From Podarcis muralis (lineage: Eukaryota), in the NCBI RefSeq assembly GCF_964188315.1, contig NC_135658.1:3658001-3722000 (forward strand): a stretch of 64,000 nucleotides of DNA, given 5' to 3'. Positions 1 through 11,420 of the stretch are shown piece by piece. The position numbers and the translations under genes were made by a program. The stretch's first letter is position 1. Each line of letters begins with the position of its first letter. The notes beneath the pieces were generated by a model. It had not been told where the DNA came from. It worked only from the letters and a program-made list of their open reading frames with translations, and did not search any database.

Positions 1-3
1 CCC

Positions 4-182
4 CAGTGGTGGAGCTTCATGCTCCGGCACCAGGGCGGGGGTGTAGAGCTGGCAGAGGCGGGGCTGGTGAGCATCCTGGGGTGTGGCACCCAGCACAGGT
101 GGGGGGGGCGTGATGGCACCCCACCAGGATCATGCTGCCAGGGGCGGTGTGCTCCCCCCGCACTCCTCTTCCTCCACCAGTG
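4..182. mobile_element. hAT-like MITE (GC-rich)
   Basis: TIR cagtggtggag (4-14) / ctccaccagtg (172-182), 1 mismatch; left TSD cut by the window edge. Confidence 0.45.
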
Positions 183-521
183 TCTCCCCCCCCCCCCAGT
201 ATGAGCACCAGTCTTCATCAACCTGTGGTCCTCCAGATCTTTGGGACTACAACTTCCATCAGCCCCCATCTGAACCGCTGTCTGGTGTTGGGGGGGGGAA
301 GGAGATGGGAGATGGATCTGGAGAGCAACAAATTAGCAAAGGTGGATTTAGCCTGTAGGATGCTTGAGGCCAGGTGAGGGGGGTCACCTGTGCCACTCTT
401 TCAAGCCCCCAACAGGACATCTAGGCCGTTGTGCCAGTAACAGCAACAAGAATCACTATGCCTTTATTGAATTGTATGAATCGCTGTGATGAAGTTGTTG
501 CTGCTGTTTACTCTACTTATA

Positions 522-727
522 CAGTGGTACCTCTGGTTCATTCTGGAGGTCAGTTCTTAACCTGAAACTCTTCTTAACCTGAGGTACCACTTTAGCTAAT
601 GGGGACTCCTGCTGCTGCCACAGCACAATTTCTGTTCTCATTTTGAAGCAAAGTTCTTAACCCAAGGTACTCTTTCTGGGTTAGCGGAGTCTGTAACCTG
701 AAGCGTATATAACCCGAGGTACCACTG
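522..727. mobile_element. Tigger/pogo-like MITE, family T1
   Basis: TIRs cagtggtacctc / gaggtaccactg flanked by TA; homologous copies at 2204, 9159, 35912, 61267. Confidence 0.85.
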
Positions 728-1359
728 TATACGCTGACTGCGTTTTGATATTATAGTGATTGCAATGCCTGTTTGTTTTTTAATGCTATTGTGATTATCA
801 CAAGCCGCTTTGAGCTTGACATTTGTCGCTGGGAAAGCATATCAAATCAAATTAAAGCTGCAGGGTTTTGCAGTCAGGGCGGTCGACAATTTGGTCTTGC
901 AGAGGACCCATCACGATTTCGGTCCAGCCTGTGTCTTTGTGAAAACCCCTGTTGTTGATTTTCAAGCTCTTCTTCTCAGCGAAAAAGGGGAAAACAGGTA
1001 AAGGAGTTTCTCCTGTTTCCCTTGTCTGCGGAAAGGGCTCCATCGTGTGGGAGAAAATCAGGCTGCAAGCTGCCCACCTCCACCTGCGGTTAGAAAAGGC
1101 ACTAGGGATCGCCTCTCCTCCTTGCCTTGGCCCTCTGCCCACAAGGGGGGAAATCACGCCTGCAATTAGCAAAGGCCTTTAGGGGCTGCCTCTCTCACTT
1201 TTCTGAACCACTTTGGAAAACTTTCTGTGTCCTGTACTGAAATGAACAGCCTGCATGGTTCTGTTTTGCTTTTACCAAGCGAGCTCACTTCGTGTTCGTG
1301 TCTTTTCTTAGCATTCTTATTCTGATGCGTGTATATTTTTAGCTTTCTGCAGAAAAGTC

Positions 1360-1400
1360 AAAACAAAAATAATTCCTTCCAGTAGCACCTTAAAGACCAA
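1360..1400 (-). mobile_element. 41-bp insertion resembling the terminus of a squamate Penelope-like element
   Basis: Flanked by exact 13-bp direct repeat ctgcagaaaagtc (1347-1359, 1401-1413); reverse complement reads ttggtctttaaggtgctactggaaggaat; family assignment from memory. Confidence 0.45.
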
Positions 1401-1944
1401 CTGCAGAAAAGTCGTAGCTCACTGCTCTTGTTTTCCACATAGCAGCCATCTGGGGACCTGCTGCCTGCCAGCCAGCCTTGGGCACAGGGGGTCAGATGTT
1501 ATCTCCCCACAGCCACCTGCTCCCGAGGCTGACATGTTTGTCCACTCGCCGTTAAGTGGGTCCCAGAGGAGACAGGATCCTTCCTTTGTTTACCAGCGAT
1601 GCCTAATAGCTCCAGCCTCATTAGTGCTGGCCAGACTCGGCCACTGGAGAGCGGAGAACAGCGGCCAAGTAATTAAGCCCTGGGCACCACGACTCATTTG
1701 CAAGCTTGTCGGCTTTAGGAACTTTTAATGTGACCTTTGGGCACCGAAAGGAACTTTTGCAGAGCTGATAGTTGCAAAGGCCTCCTCTGATGACACCAGA
1801 GAATGAAGCAAGGATCTCGTTGTGAAAACCCAGCACCTGCCTCCCTCCCTCTCCACCCAGGCAATCTCTGTCATTTTCTTAAGTTAAAAACTTTATTGTA
1901 AATTTCAAAAGCAATTACCAATTATGCCTGTCTTGTCGGGACTA

Positions 1945-2066
1945 TTGTTTATTATTATTCATTTATTGAATTTATGTACCGCTTTATACCTGGAGGTCTC
2001 AGGGTGATTCACATAAAAACATCACAGTATATAAAATTAAAATAAAAGCAATAACCCAATAATACA

Positions 2067-2108
<42 letters not shown>

Positions 2109-2200
2109 CAAAAAACAGGCACATTTTAAAAGGGTATGGGAGGTCGAACAGGTCAACCGAAAGGTTGAAAAGGAATGTTTTTGCCTGTTTCATAAGGCGT
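1945..2200 (-). mobile_element. L2-type LINE 3' tail with (CA)n
   Basis: Similar to tails at 8766-8925, 17450-17590 and 47450-47720. Confidence 0.45.
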
Positions 2201-2203
2201 GTA

Positions 2204-2398
2204 CAGTGGTACCTCAGGTCAAGAATTTAATTCATTCCGGAGGTCTGTTCTTAACCTGAAACTGTTCTTAACCTGAAGCACCACTTTAGCTAATGGGGCC
2301 TCCTGCCGCCGCCGCGCAATTTCTGTTCTCATCCTGAAGCAAAGTTCTTAACCCGAGGTACTCTTTCTGGGTTAGCAGAGTCTGTAAGCTGAAGCATA
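2204..2398. mobile_element. Truncated Tigger-like MITE, family T1
   Basis: TA + cagtggtacctc start, colinear with 522-727, right TIR missing. Confidence 0.7.
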
Positions 2399-2873
2399 TG
2401 CCTACGTTTGGTGTCTGCATTTGTGCCCTGCATAAAATCAGATTCCAAGGCACTGTGCAACTTCCGCCGTAATAGAATAAAGTGATGTTTTATTTCATTG
2501 GAGAGATTTGTAAGCCACCCTGTTTCCAAAAGGGATTCCTTTGCAACATACAAGAGATGTAAAAGAATTATTCACACCAAGCCCACTACAATTAGACAAC
2601 CGCCTTCTTGCAGCAAAAAACTCTAAAAGGGAAACTGAGGCCATGTAATTTATTTCAGAAAAATTATACACTGCTTGATCGTTCAAAAACCTCAAAGCAG
2701 TCTACAATAATAACACAGTTCAGATGATGCAGGAATTTAATTTTAAGTCTGGACACTTCTGTCACAGAAAGAGGCAAGTAAGATTTTAGGCAGGAATAAT
2801 TAAGGTTGTAGATCTCTGTTTCTGTCTCCCTTGTAGCTATTGGACTCACAAACTCAAACAAATTAAACCACAG

Positions 2874-2886
2874 TGCCACCTAGTGG
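2874..2886 (-). promoter_or_regulatory. CTCF motif
   Basis: tgccacctagtgg = reverse of CCACTAGGTGGCA, matches the CCASYAGRKGGC core; lies in non-repeat DNA. Confidence 0.45.
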
Positions 2887-3155
2887 GTTTTGGAAAAACA
2901 GCAGTTATTTTTGAAAATGTGCAGAAACCAGATACCTTACATGGAATTGTTATCTTTTGAAACCTAAACTGAATAGATACCAGAACAAACACACAATATG
3001 AGCACGCTGGTCTGTGTAAAAAATAAAACACAAAGTTTAAACAAATATGCAACACAAAATCAATCCCATCATGTGTGTGTGCATTTATTAATGCAGAGGT
3101 AAAATTTAAAATATTACACAAAATTAAAACAATTACAAATGCAACAAAATATTAA

Positions 3156-3157
<2 letters not shown>

Positions 3158-3225
<68 letters not shown>
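3158..3225. repeat. Compound (TC)n(GT)n microsatellite
   Basis: Directly visible. Confidence 0.95.
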
Positions 3226-3227
<2 letters not shown>

Positions 3228-3922
3228 TATAGGCTTTAGCTAGTTATTAGGACTTCAATGTTGGTTGGCCATCTGTTCTGGATGCTTTATTTAGCTGTTT
3301 CAGCAGTGATATTGTGAAAGCCAATTTTTGTAATGTTGTGAATTGAAACTGCACTTTAACTTTTCACGGTCAGAATTGGGGGGGGGGGGGTTGAGGCTTA
3401 TATTCAGGCCAATACGGTGCATAAATCACTGGTTCTCAAACTTTTTTTTCCCTCTGGGCAACACTTCCAGAAAAAAAATTTGCTTGCGCCACAACTAATT
3501 TTATTATTGATAAGAAATGCATTGCAAAACTGAAGAGGAAAAGTTCTTCGTAGTGCTAGATTTGTAACATAGAACACAACTGCTTTGTAATATGATGGCT
3601 GTGGGACTTCCAGACAGTTTAAAACAATGCAGCGACTTTGAATGCTTCTTTGATGGTCCTTGAATCTTCCTGCCACACTTGCCTGGCACACCAGCGTGGC
3701 ATGCACTGACATAAATAATATATACATAATAGCAGCCTGAATTAACAGTCAATTGCTGTTAAGATTCCAGTCCTTAGGGGCATTTGAAGGGCACCAGGTT
3801 GAGGAAGGCAAGTGCATAGGATTGCACCACAGCCTTAAAGCATCGTGCCTCTTGTCTCCACCCCCACTTAGGATCCGACATTTGACCTTGTCCCCAGAAT
3901 AAGTGAGGAGCCTGGATTGTCC

Positions 3923-4258
3923 CATACCCTCCAACATTTCTCCAATGAAAATTAGGGACGTCCCATTCCATAATGATCATTTTACTATTTATACCCCGCA
4001 CATCTAACTGGGTTGCCCCAGCTACTCAGGGCAGCTTCCAACATCTATAAATATATAATAAAACATTTTTAAAAATTTAAAAAAACTTCCCCATATAGGA
4101 TTGCCTTCAGGTGGCTCAGGGGTTGGATAACTCCATACCCTCCAACATTTCTCCAGTGAAAACAGGAACGTCCTAAGGAAAAGCGGGACATTCTGGGATG
4201 AAATCAGAAACCGGGGCGGCTTCCCTAAATCAGGGACATCCCTGGAAAACAGGGTCTG
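3923..4258. mobile_element. hAT-like MITE with duplicated left end enclosing an L2 tail
   Basis: cataccctccaacatttctcc at 3923 and 4134, L2-type tail between, right end agggtctg at 4251-4258. Confidence 0.55.
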
Positions 4259-4388
4259 TTGTCTCAAAGTCACATTTCCTCACTCGTTCAAAAGTAAACG
4301 GTTAAATTTTGCAATTGACCCTGAGACGGGACCAGATTCTACAACCCACGTAGCGTTCCCAGGAAGTTTATTCTTTCTCTTAAATGTA

Positions 4389-4650
4389 CAGTGGACACTC
4401 GGGTTGTGAATGTGATCAGTGTGGCGTGCATGTTTGCAACCCTCACTGTTCGCAACCCACAGCTGCACGTCTGCGCATGCGCAGGTTGCAATTCAACACT
4501 TCTGCGCATGAGCAAAGCACGATTTAGCGCTCCTGCGCATGTGCGGCCGCCAAAACCCGGAAGTAAACCGTTCCGATACTTCCAGGTTTTGGCGGTCCGT
4601 AACCCGAAAAAAAACGCAACCAGAAGTGTCTGTAACCCGAGGTATGACTG
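4389..4650. mobile_element. Tigger-like MITE, family T2
   Basis: TA-cagtggacactcggg ... cccgaggtatgactg-TA. Confidence 0.7.
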
Positions 4651-4654
4651 TATT

Positions 4655-5245
4655 GCATTTCTATCCCTCCTTTTCAAGGAGCTCAAGGTGGCATGCATAG
4701 TTTTTTTCCTTTCTTATTTAACCTCCACAACATTGCCCTGTGAGGCAGGCCAGGCCGAGAGCAAGTGACTGGTCCCCAAGGCTTAGACCAGCAAAAGCTT
4801 TGTGGCAGAGTAGGTGAAATATACTCAGAGTCGCAAAGTGATTTCATGCTCTTTATTCAGCTCATAGTGGTGAGGAGGAATGAATGTCCCCTCAAAGTAT
4901 CTGCTTTATATACATTATTTACACAATGGGCTGCACATGATTGGCTAATTCTGGAATTCTACTGTAAGCCAATCAGGTTGTGGATTCACTTCTATCTGGA
5001 GCATGATTGGGTAGTTCCTGCCAACCAATCATACTGCTGCATTGTTCTAGGACCAATCAGACTGCTGCATTCTGAAGCCTATTGTTCTAGGACCAATCAG
5101 ACTGCTGCCTTTTGGATCCTATTGTTCTAGGACCAATCAGACTGCTGCAGTTTGGATCCTATTCAACTCAGGACATAACACCAGGTGATCCGAACCCCGG
5201 TCTCTCCCGGGTCTTAGTCGGACACTCTAACCAGTGTGCCATACT
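4655..5245 (-). mobile_element. tRNA-derived squamate SINE split by a solo LTR
   Basis: Head (A box and GGTTCG B box on -) at 5186-5245, body continues at 4655-4814; same family as 58050-58240. Confidence 0.55.
4815..5180 (-). mobile_element. Solo LTR of the Gypsy family at 23722
   Basis: 366 bp; differs from the 369-bp LTR by 4 substitutions, a 1-bp insertion and a 4-bp deletion; TG..CA ends; flanks gtagg/ccagg are an imperfect TSD. Confidence 0.95.
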
Positions 5246-6342
5246 GCTTTGCTATGCAGAAAAGGCAGAAGTGTGGGACCACACGGCAGACTTGGGACTC
5301 TAAAGGAAAGTTTTCTCTCTGTCCCTCCACAGGTCCGAGCAGCAACTTCAGGTCTGAAGGGACAGCCGTTTTGCTTTGCGGGAAATTGGCCCCGCGGGGA
5401 GGCAGGTGGCAATTGTTACAACAGGGCAGCTAATTGAGCCGTCTGCGAACAGGCAGGGGGCGTGGGGCCGCCCAGGCCAGGGAGAATCGAGTCCGCTGCG
5501 GCCCCCAGACTCTGCCACTGTTATTGTCCAGCTTGTTAAGGCTAATTGTACTCAGCGGTCTTGGCTGCACCCGCAGGGAGGTGCGAAAGGACAGCGGAGA
5601 TAAACAGAAGCAACTTTAGAAACTTCTAACTTTGTCCACTTCCGGATTCCAGTAACTGAAAGCGAACAGCAGGCCAGGAAATAGACGCCCTGCAGTGCTG
5701 GGAATGTTTAGGGTCCCACCATTCCTGCAGGAGGGAGGGAAGGACGGCGCTGCGGCCATTTCGGGTTGTGTTGTTGCAGGAATTAATGTATAGTTTTTTG
5801 GGGGGACGGTTGCCCCTCCAGCAGATATCATGCACATGCAGCCCACTACCAAAACCAGCACAATCACTTTTGTGACTTTTGTGACTTGTCCCCACAAAAC
5901 ACTTCATCACAGTTTCTTCCTATCTATTCAAAGGGCCTTTGCTGCACAATACCAAATGTAAGAATTCACTGACCAATGTATCTATGTACTGGCTCACTGG
6001 GAAAACTTCAGAAATTCATATAGACATGTGAGCTCAGCTACTTGGCAGCTCCTCTGCCTGAGGGATAATCCCTGGCATCCTGATACCTGAGTGCCAGACA
6101 GGTAGCCATTCCAGAAATAACAAACCCAGGTGAAGACAAAAGGGTGGGATTAACTTGGCTGGGAAACAGGGAAATGTAAAGATCTCTTTTGTTACACTCG
6201 ATGGGTGTTTGGTGGAGGGCAAGGGGAACCATGGGGCAGGGTCCAGGATGCTCAGATTCCTGCCACCAGAGCTCCCCTTTCATGATGTAACCATGATGTA
6301 TGAGTGGTGTAATTTGGGGGGGGGGGTGTAACATGGGGATTA

Positions 6343-6708
6343 AGGTAAAGGTAAAGGTACCCCTGCCCGTACGGGCCAGTCGTGTCCGACTCTAGGGTTG
6401 TGCGCCCATCTCACTTAAGAGGCCGGGGGCAAGCGCTGTCCACAGACACTTCCGGGTCACGTGGCCAGCGTGATGAAGCTGCTCTGGCGAGCCGGCACCA
6501 GCGCAGCACACGGAACGCCGTTTACCTTCCCACTATAAAGCGGTCCCTATTTATCTACTTGCACTTAGGGGTGGTTTTGAACTGCTAGGTGGGCAGGAGC
6601 TGGGACTGAAAGACGGGAGCTCACCCCGCCGAGGGGACTCGAACCGCCGACCATGCGATCGGCAAGCCCTAGGCGCTGAGGTTTTACCCACAGCGCCACC
6701 CGCGTCCC
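6343..6708 (-). mobile_element. Full-length Sauria SINE
   Basis: tRNA-like head GGGACGCGGGTGGCGCTG, (ACCTTT)n tail, 13-bp TSD aacatggggatta. Confidence 0.9.
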
Positions 6709-6780
6709 ACAACATGGGGATTAGCAGCTAATAAAAGTTGGGGTTCTCTTTTGCGGCCTCCAGTCAGTGTAGATCCACTG

Positions 6781-6872
6781 CATAGCTGTCAACGTTTCCC
6801 TTTTTTTTAAAGGGAAATTCCCTTATTCCGAATAGGATTCCTTGCAAGAAAAGGGGAAAGTTGACAGCTATG
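6781..6872. mobile_element. hAT MITE, family H1
   Basis: TIR catagctgtcaac / gttgacagctatg; exact 8-bp TSD atccactg. Confidence 0.9.
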
Positions 6873-7049
6873 ATCCACTGCAATAGGTGGGCCAGCAATC
6901 TAATTGAGATGAGGCCATCTCCACTTCTCCTGTTCCTAGAAAGATTCTTAGGGCAACTAGAAAGATTTTTGGGTTTGCAGAACCTTCATATTCCTCTAGT
7001 CAATGCAACCCTCTGCATTGAACCACACAAGGTTTATCACACTGCTTTG

Positions 7050-7337
7050 TGTTGTATACTGAGCTTGGATCCTAGAACAATAGGCAAGTAGGATCCTAGA
7101 AGGCAGCATCCTGATTGGGCTGCAGGAGCCGCCCAATCCGGCTCCAGGGGGAAGTGAATCAGCGACCTGATTGGCCTGCAGCAGCAGCCCAATCAGGCTC
7201 CAGGAGGAGAGTTGAATCAGCCAATCATGCGGGACCCATTGTGTAAATAATGTATATATAGCCAGAGGTTTTGGGGAAGACTTACTCCCTGTTTGCCATG
7301 AGCTGAAATAAAGAGCATGAAATCCGAGTATATTTCA
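7050..7337 (+). mobile_element. Diverged solo LTR related to the 23722 Gypsy LTR
   Basis: tgttgtatactgag...gagtatatttca; shares cccattgtgtaaataatgtatata and atgagctga(a)ataaagagcatgaaatc blocks; TSD ctttg/gtttg. Confidence 0.8.
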
Positions 7338-7724
7338 GTTTGTTTTGCTGACATTTTATATGTATATTTCTGAATCTTTTGTGCTATATATGCTTAAGTT
7401 TGTGGGTTTTTTTAGCTTTTGATGCAGCCCCTCCTTGGGATTCCAAGAATGTAAGAAAATCCCAGCTGCTATTGTGGTTGGTAGACACTGATAATGTTCA
7501 CTTCTGTATATCATGATCTGTATGATCTGTCTGTTAATATGTTCTGTATATTAAGCAGAATACAAATGTAGTAAATCGGGAAATAAAATAGATTTAAGGG
7601 ATTAAAGAGAACACACATCTCTCAGAGGTGCCTCGGGGTGGTTCTGTGTTTAAACGTCCCCAATGAAATGAGTATAGCTTTGCTAATATTCCTGTTCTTT
7701 ATTCAATTTATTTATCGACATTTA

Positions 7725-8410
7725 CCGTATTTTTCAACCCTATAGGGCGCACCGGCCCATAGGGCGCACTTATTTGGGTGGGGGGAGAAAAATTATCCCC
7801 CCCCGAACCCCAAAGAGCAAAGAAGCCATGACAGCGAGTGGGATGGATCCCGCTCGCTGCCTTGGCTTTGTTTTTAGCCTCGGGGCTGGGGGTCCGGGAG
7901 CAAAGGCGAGGTTGCGCTGAACCTCGCCATCGCTCCCGGAGCTTGCGGGGCTGGGGGCAGGGGAAGCCCGAGCTTCCCCCGACCCCAGCCCCCAGAATGG
8001 GTCCGGGAGCGATGGCGAGGTTGCGCTCAACCTTGCCATCGCTCCCAGAGCTTTCTGCTATCCGAAGCCCGGGGAGAGCGGCGCTGTAGCCTGCTGCGCA
8101 CCCCGGGCTTAGGGCAGCTATCTGCAAGCCTGCAGCTGCCCAAAGCCAGGGGTACATCGTGCCGCGCTCCCCGGGCTTCGGGCTGCAGGCAGCTATCCGC
8201 AAGCCATCGGAGCCCGTGGGAGTTCCCGCCGGGCTCCGCAGGCTTGCAGATAGCTTCCTGAAGCCTGGGGAGTGAGAGGGGTTGGTGCGCACCGACCCCT
8301 CTCGCTCTCCAGGCTTCAGCGAAAGCCTGCATTCGCCCCATAGGACGCACACACATTTCCCCTTCATTTTTGGAGGGGGGAAAGTGCGTCCTATAGGGCG
8401 TAAAATACGG
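7725..8410. mobile_element. Tc2/pogo-like MITE with GC-rich internal repeats
   Basis: TA-ccgtattttt ... aaaatacgg-TA, subterminal tatagggcgcac repeats; related to 56809-57066. Confidence 0.8.
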
Positions 8411-8431
8411 TATCTAAAGATCCCAGGGCAG

Positions 8432-8925
8432 TGTACAACATTAAGAACACATTTTACAGAGCATAATAAATATACAAACCATAATATAATGCCTAATGAT
8501 AGACTGAATAAAATGATCATAGGTTGTTTAATGGCTAAAGGCCGGGGTAAAGAGGAATGTTTTTGCCAGGCATGTAATGATGGTGCCAGGCGAACCTCCC
8601 TGGGAAGAGCATTCCATAGTCGGGGAGCCACCACAAAAAAGGCCCCGTTCTCGTGTTGCCACCCTCCAAACCTCTCTGGGGACGGGAGACATAGAGAAGG
8701 ACCTCTGGCATCTGACAAGTACAGGGTCCTGGGCAGTTTGTATGGGGAGAGGAGGTCCTGGAGGTATTATTATTTATTTATTTATTATATCACTCTATAC
8801 CCACAAGTCTCATGGAGGGTTACAACATAAAATCTCAATATAAAAACACAAAACTCATAATAAAAACGAAAACAACTGAATAACAACCCGCTCCCCAATA
8901 CATTTTAAAAGGGCACTGGATATCG
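8432..8925 (-). mobile_element. Two L2-type 3' fragments
   Basis: Minus-strand translation AFFVVAPRLWNALP is typical of the L2 ORF2 C-terminus; second tail at 8766-8925. Confidence 0.6.
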
Positions 8926-8960
8926 ATTGAGGTTAACACATATAAACATATAACATGTAT

Positions 8961-9086
8961 TAGGTAAAGGTAAAGGACCCCTGACCGTTAAGTCCAGTCG
9001 CGAACGACTCTGGGGTTGTGGCGCTCATCTCGCTTTACAGGCTGAGGGAGCCGACATTTGTGCGCAGACAGTTTTTCCGGGTCATG
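8961..9086 (-). mobile_element. Sauria SINE 3' fragment
   Basis: (AAAGGT)n tail and body colinear with 13547-13900. Confidence 0.75.
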
Positions 9087-9960
9087 AAAGGGAAGGTATC
9101 TTTTACCAGACACGGCGGACTTGTAAAGAGGTAAAGGCCTTCTGGGAAATGGTATATATAGTGGATCCTCAGATTAAGTACTTAATTCATTCTGGAGGTC
9201 CTTGCTTAACCTGAAACTGTTCTTAACCTGAAGCACCACTTTAGCTAATGGGGCCTCCCGCTGCCACCGTGCCGCTGGAGCACGAGTTCTGTTCTCATCC
9301 TGAAGCAAAGTTCTTAACCCGAGGTACTATTTCTGGGTTAGTGGAGTCTGTAACCTGAAACATCTGTAACCCAAGGTACCACTGTAATGAGTTAAAGAAA
9401 AAGAAGTTAAAGAAAAATACTTTTGTTTAAAAAAAAGAAGAAGCCTTTTTACTGGGTATAGTGGGCAAAGATATACTAAGGGAAGATAAAAGACTGTTTA
9501 TGTATGCAACAACTGTGGCAAGAATTCTTTTAGCCCAAAAAATGGAAACAGCAAGAAGTACCGATGAAAAAAGAGTGGCAGGTGAAGATGATGGACTTTG
9601 CAGAACTGGCGAAGCTGACGGGCAAAATCTGAAACTGGCACGATCAAGTATTCCAAAAGGATTGGAGTAAATTTATACGATATTTGAAAGATCATTGTAA
9701 GCAATTAACACCACTAGTAGGGTTGTCAGAAGATTTGTAATGAGAAACTTTCTTCCTTTTTATATTTATTTAAATCTTGAGACATTCTGTAATAAATCTA
9801 ATTAGAATTGGAAAACGTATAAATTGCAGTGATATAAAGGTTAATTTCGAAAACTATGAGGCAGGAGGGAAGTCGATAGTCTCTAAAGTGCCAGGGCGGT
9901 ATAGTGGATGATGACGGTGTGAATGTATAACATTAAATGGAAAATAAATAAAAATTGTAT
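9087..9960 (+). mobile_element. L1-clade LINE 3' fragment interrupted by a MITE
   Basis: Degenerate ORF2 end KEVKAFWEMVY...LFMYATTVARILLAQK, AT-rich 3' UTR. Confidence 0.7.
9159..9384. mobile_element. Tigger-like MITE, family T1, nested in L1
   Basis: Colinear with 522-727; right TIR aggtaccactg-TA. Confidence 0.8.
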
Positions 9961-10305
9961 TTTTTATTTTTTTAAAAGGATGTGGCTCTGTCCTCTTGGC
10001 TTCAAAAGACAGAACTCGCTTACACTTGTAACTGGAACAACTGGTGGTTAGAGCCTGGCTTACGTCAACAGACAAAGGCAATGGGGGCATTGACCAAATA
10101 AGGACAGTGGTAAATATGAGGGGTGGGCGGTGGAATTCAGGGTGAGGGCAGATGTCAACAAGGGCGGGGATTTTAGTATTTTAATTAGGCGGTTGTGATA
10201 GGCTGTAAACCCTGCGCATGCCCAGCCAATGGGGAAACTGAGGGAAAAACTTGCGCTGGATGTAGCTTGTGTTTTGCTAAATTTGGGTGTGCCTACTTTT
10301 GGACA

Positions 10306-10668
10306 GGGACACGGGTGGCGCTGTGGGTAAAAGCCTCAGCGCCTAGGACTTGCCAATCGAAAGGTCGGCGGTTCGAATCCCCGCGGCGGGGTGCACTCCC
10401 GTCGTTCGGTCCCAGCGCCTGCCAACCTAGCAGTTCGAAAGCGCGTCAAAGTGCAAGTAGATAAATAGGGACCGCTTACTGGCGGGAAGGTAAACGGCGT
10501 TTCCGTGTGCAGCTCTGGCTCGCCAGAGCAGCGATGTCACGCTGGCCACGTGACCCGGAAGTGTCTCTGGACAGCGCTGGCCCCCGGCCTCTTGAGTGAG
10601 ATGGGCGCACAACCCCAGAGTCTGGCAAGACTGGCCCGTACGGGCAGGGGTACCTTTACCTTTACCTT
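10306..10668 (+). mobile_element. Full-length Sauria SINE
   Basis: Head, (ACCTTT)n tail, 12-bp TSD tacttttggaca. Confidence 0.9.
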
Positions 10669-11072
10669 TACTTTTGGACACTTGTGCTTGCAAGGATGTC
10701 TCTGTAATCAATAAACTCATCTCTGCTTCACCAATTTTGTTCAGATTTTGTTTTGAGGGTCTCAGACCCAACTGTCCAGCTTGAGAAGTCAGAGGTCAGC
10801 ATATTCTGCCATGGGCAGTGGGGACATCCAGTCCTCATCATAACCCCGTTAGGTTTTTAATGGGATTCATTTGTACCTCCACAAACCTTGGGATCCCCCC
10901 AAACCTTGTGACTCCCTCTTGTGTGTGGATGGGGATGGGTGGTTTGGTTACATGAGGAGGATTCCCGCTTTGAGAATAACTTGGCTCTGAGGGCATGAGG
11001 TAGAATTTTGTGTGTCTTCTTCATTTGTAGTGCCTGGACGACTGGCGGACATATTTGGATCGAGCTACAAAT

Positions 11073-11420
11073 GGTGGCGCTGTGGGTTAAACCACAGAGC
11101 CTAGGACTTGCCGATCAGAAGGTCAGCGGTTCGAATCCCCACGACGGGGTGAGCTCCCGTTGCTCGGTCCCTGCTCCTTCCCACCTAGCAGTTCGAAAGC
11201 ATGTCAAAGTGCAAGTAGATAAACAGGTACCGCTCCGGCAGGAAGGTAAACGGTGTTTCCGTGCGCTGCTCTGGTTCGCCAGAAGCGGCTTAGTCCTGCT
11301 GGCCACATGACCCAAAAGCTGTACGCCGGCTCCCTCGGCCAATAAAGCGAAATGAGCGCTGCAACCCCAGAGTCGGCCACGACTGGACCTAATGGTCAGG
11401 GGTCCCTTTACCTTTACCTT
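11073..11420 (+). mobile_element. Sauria SINE
   Basis: TSD tacaaat(ggt), (ACCTTT)n tail. Confidence 0.9.

Noticed and set aside
7708-8830. 336-aa and 182-aa ORFs
   Set aside because: They run across a GC-rich MITE and L2 tails; no coherent protein.
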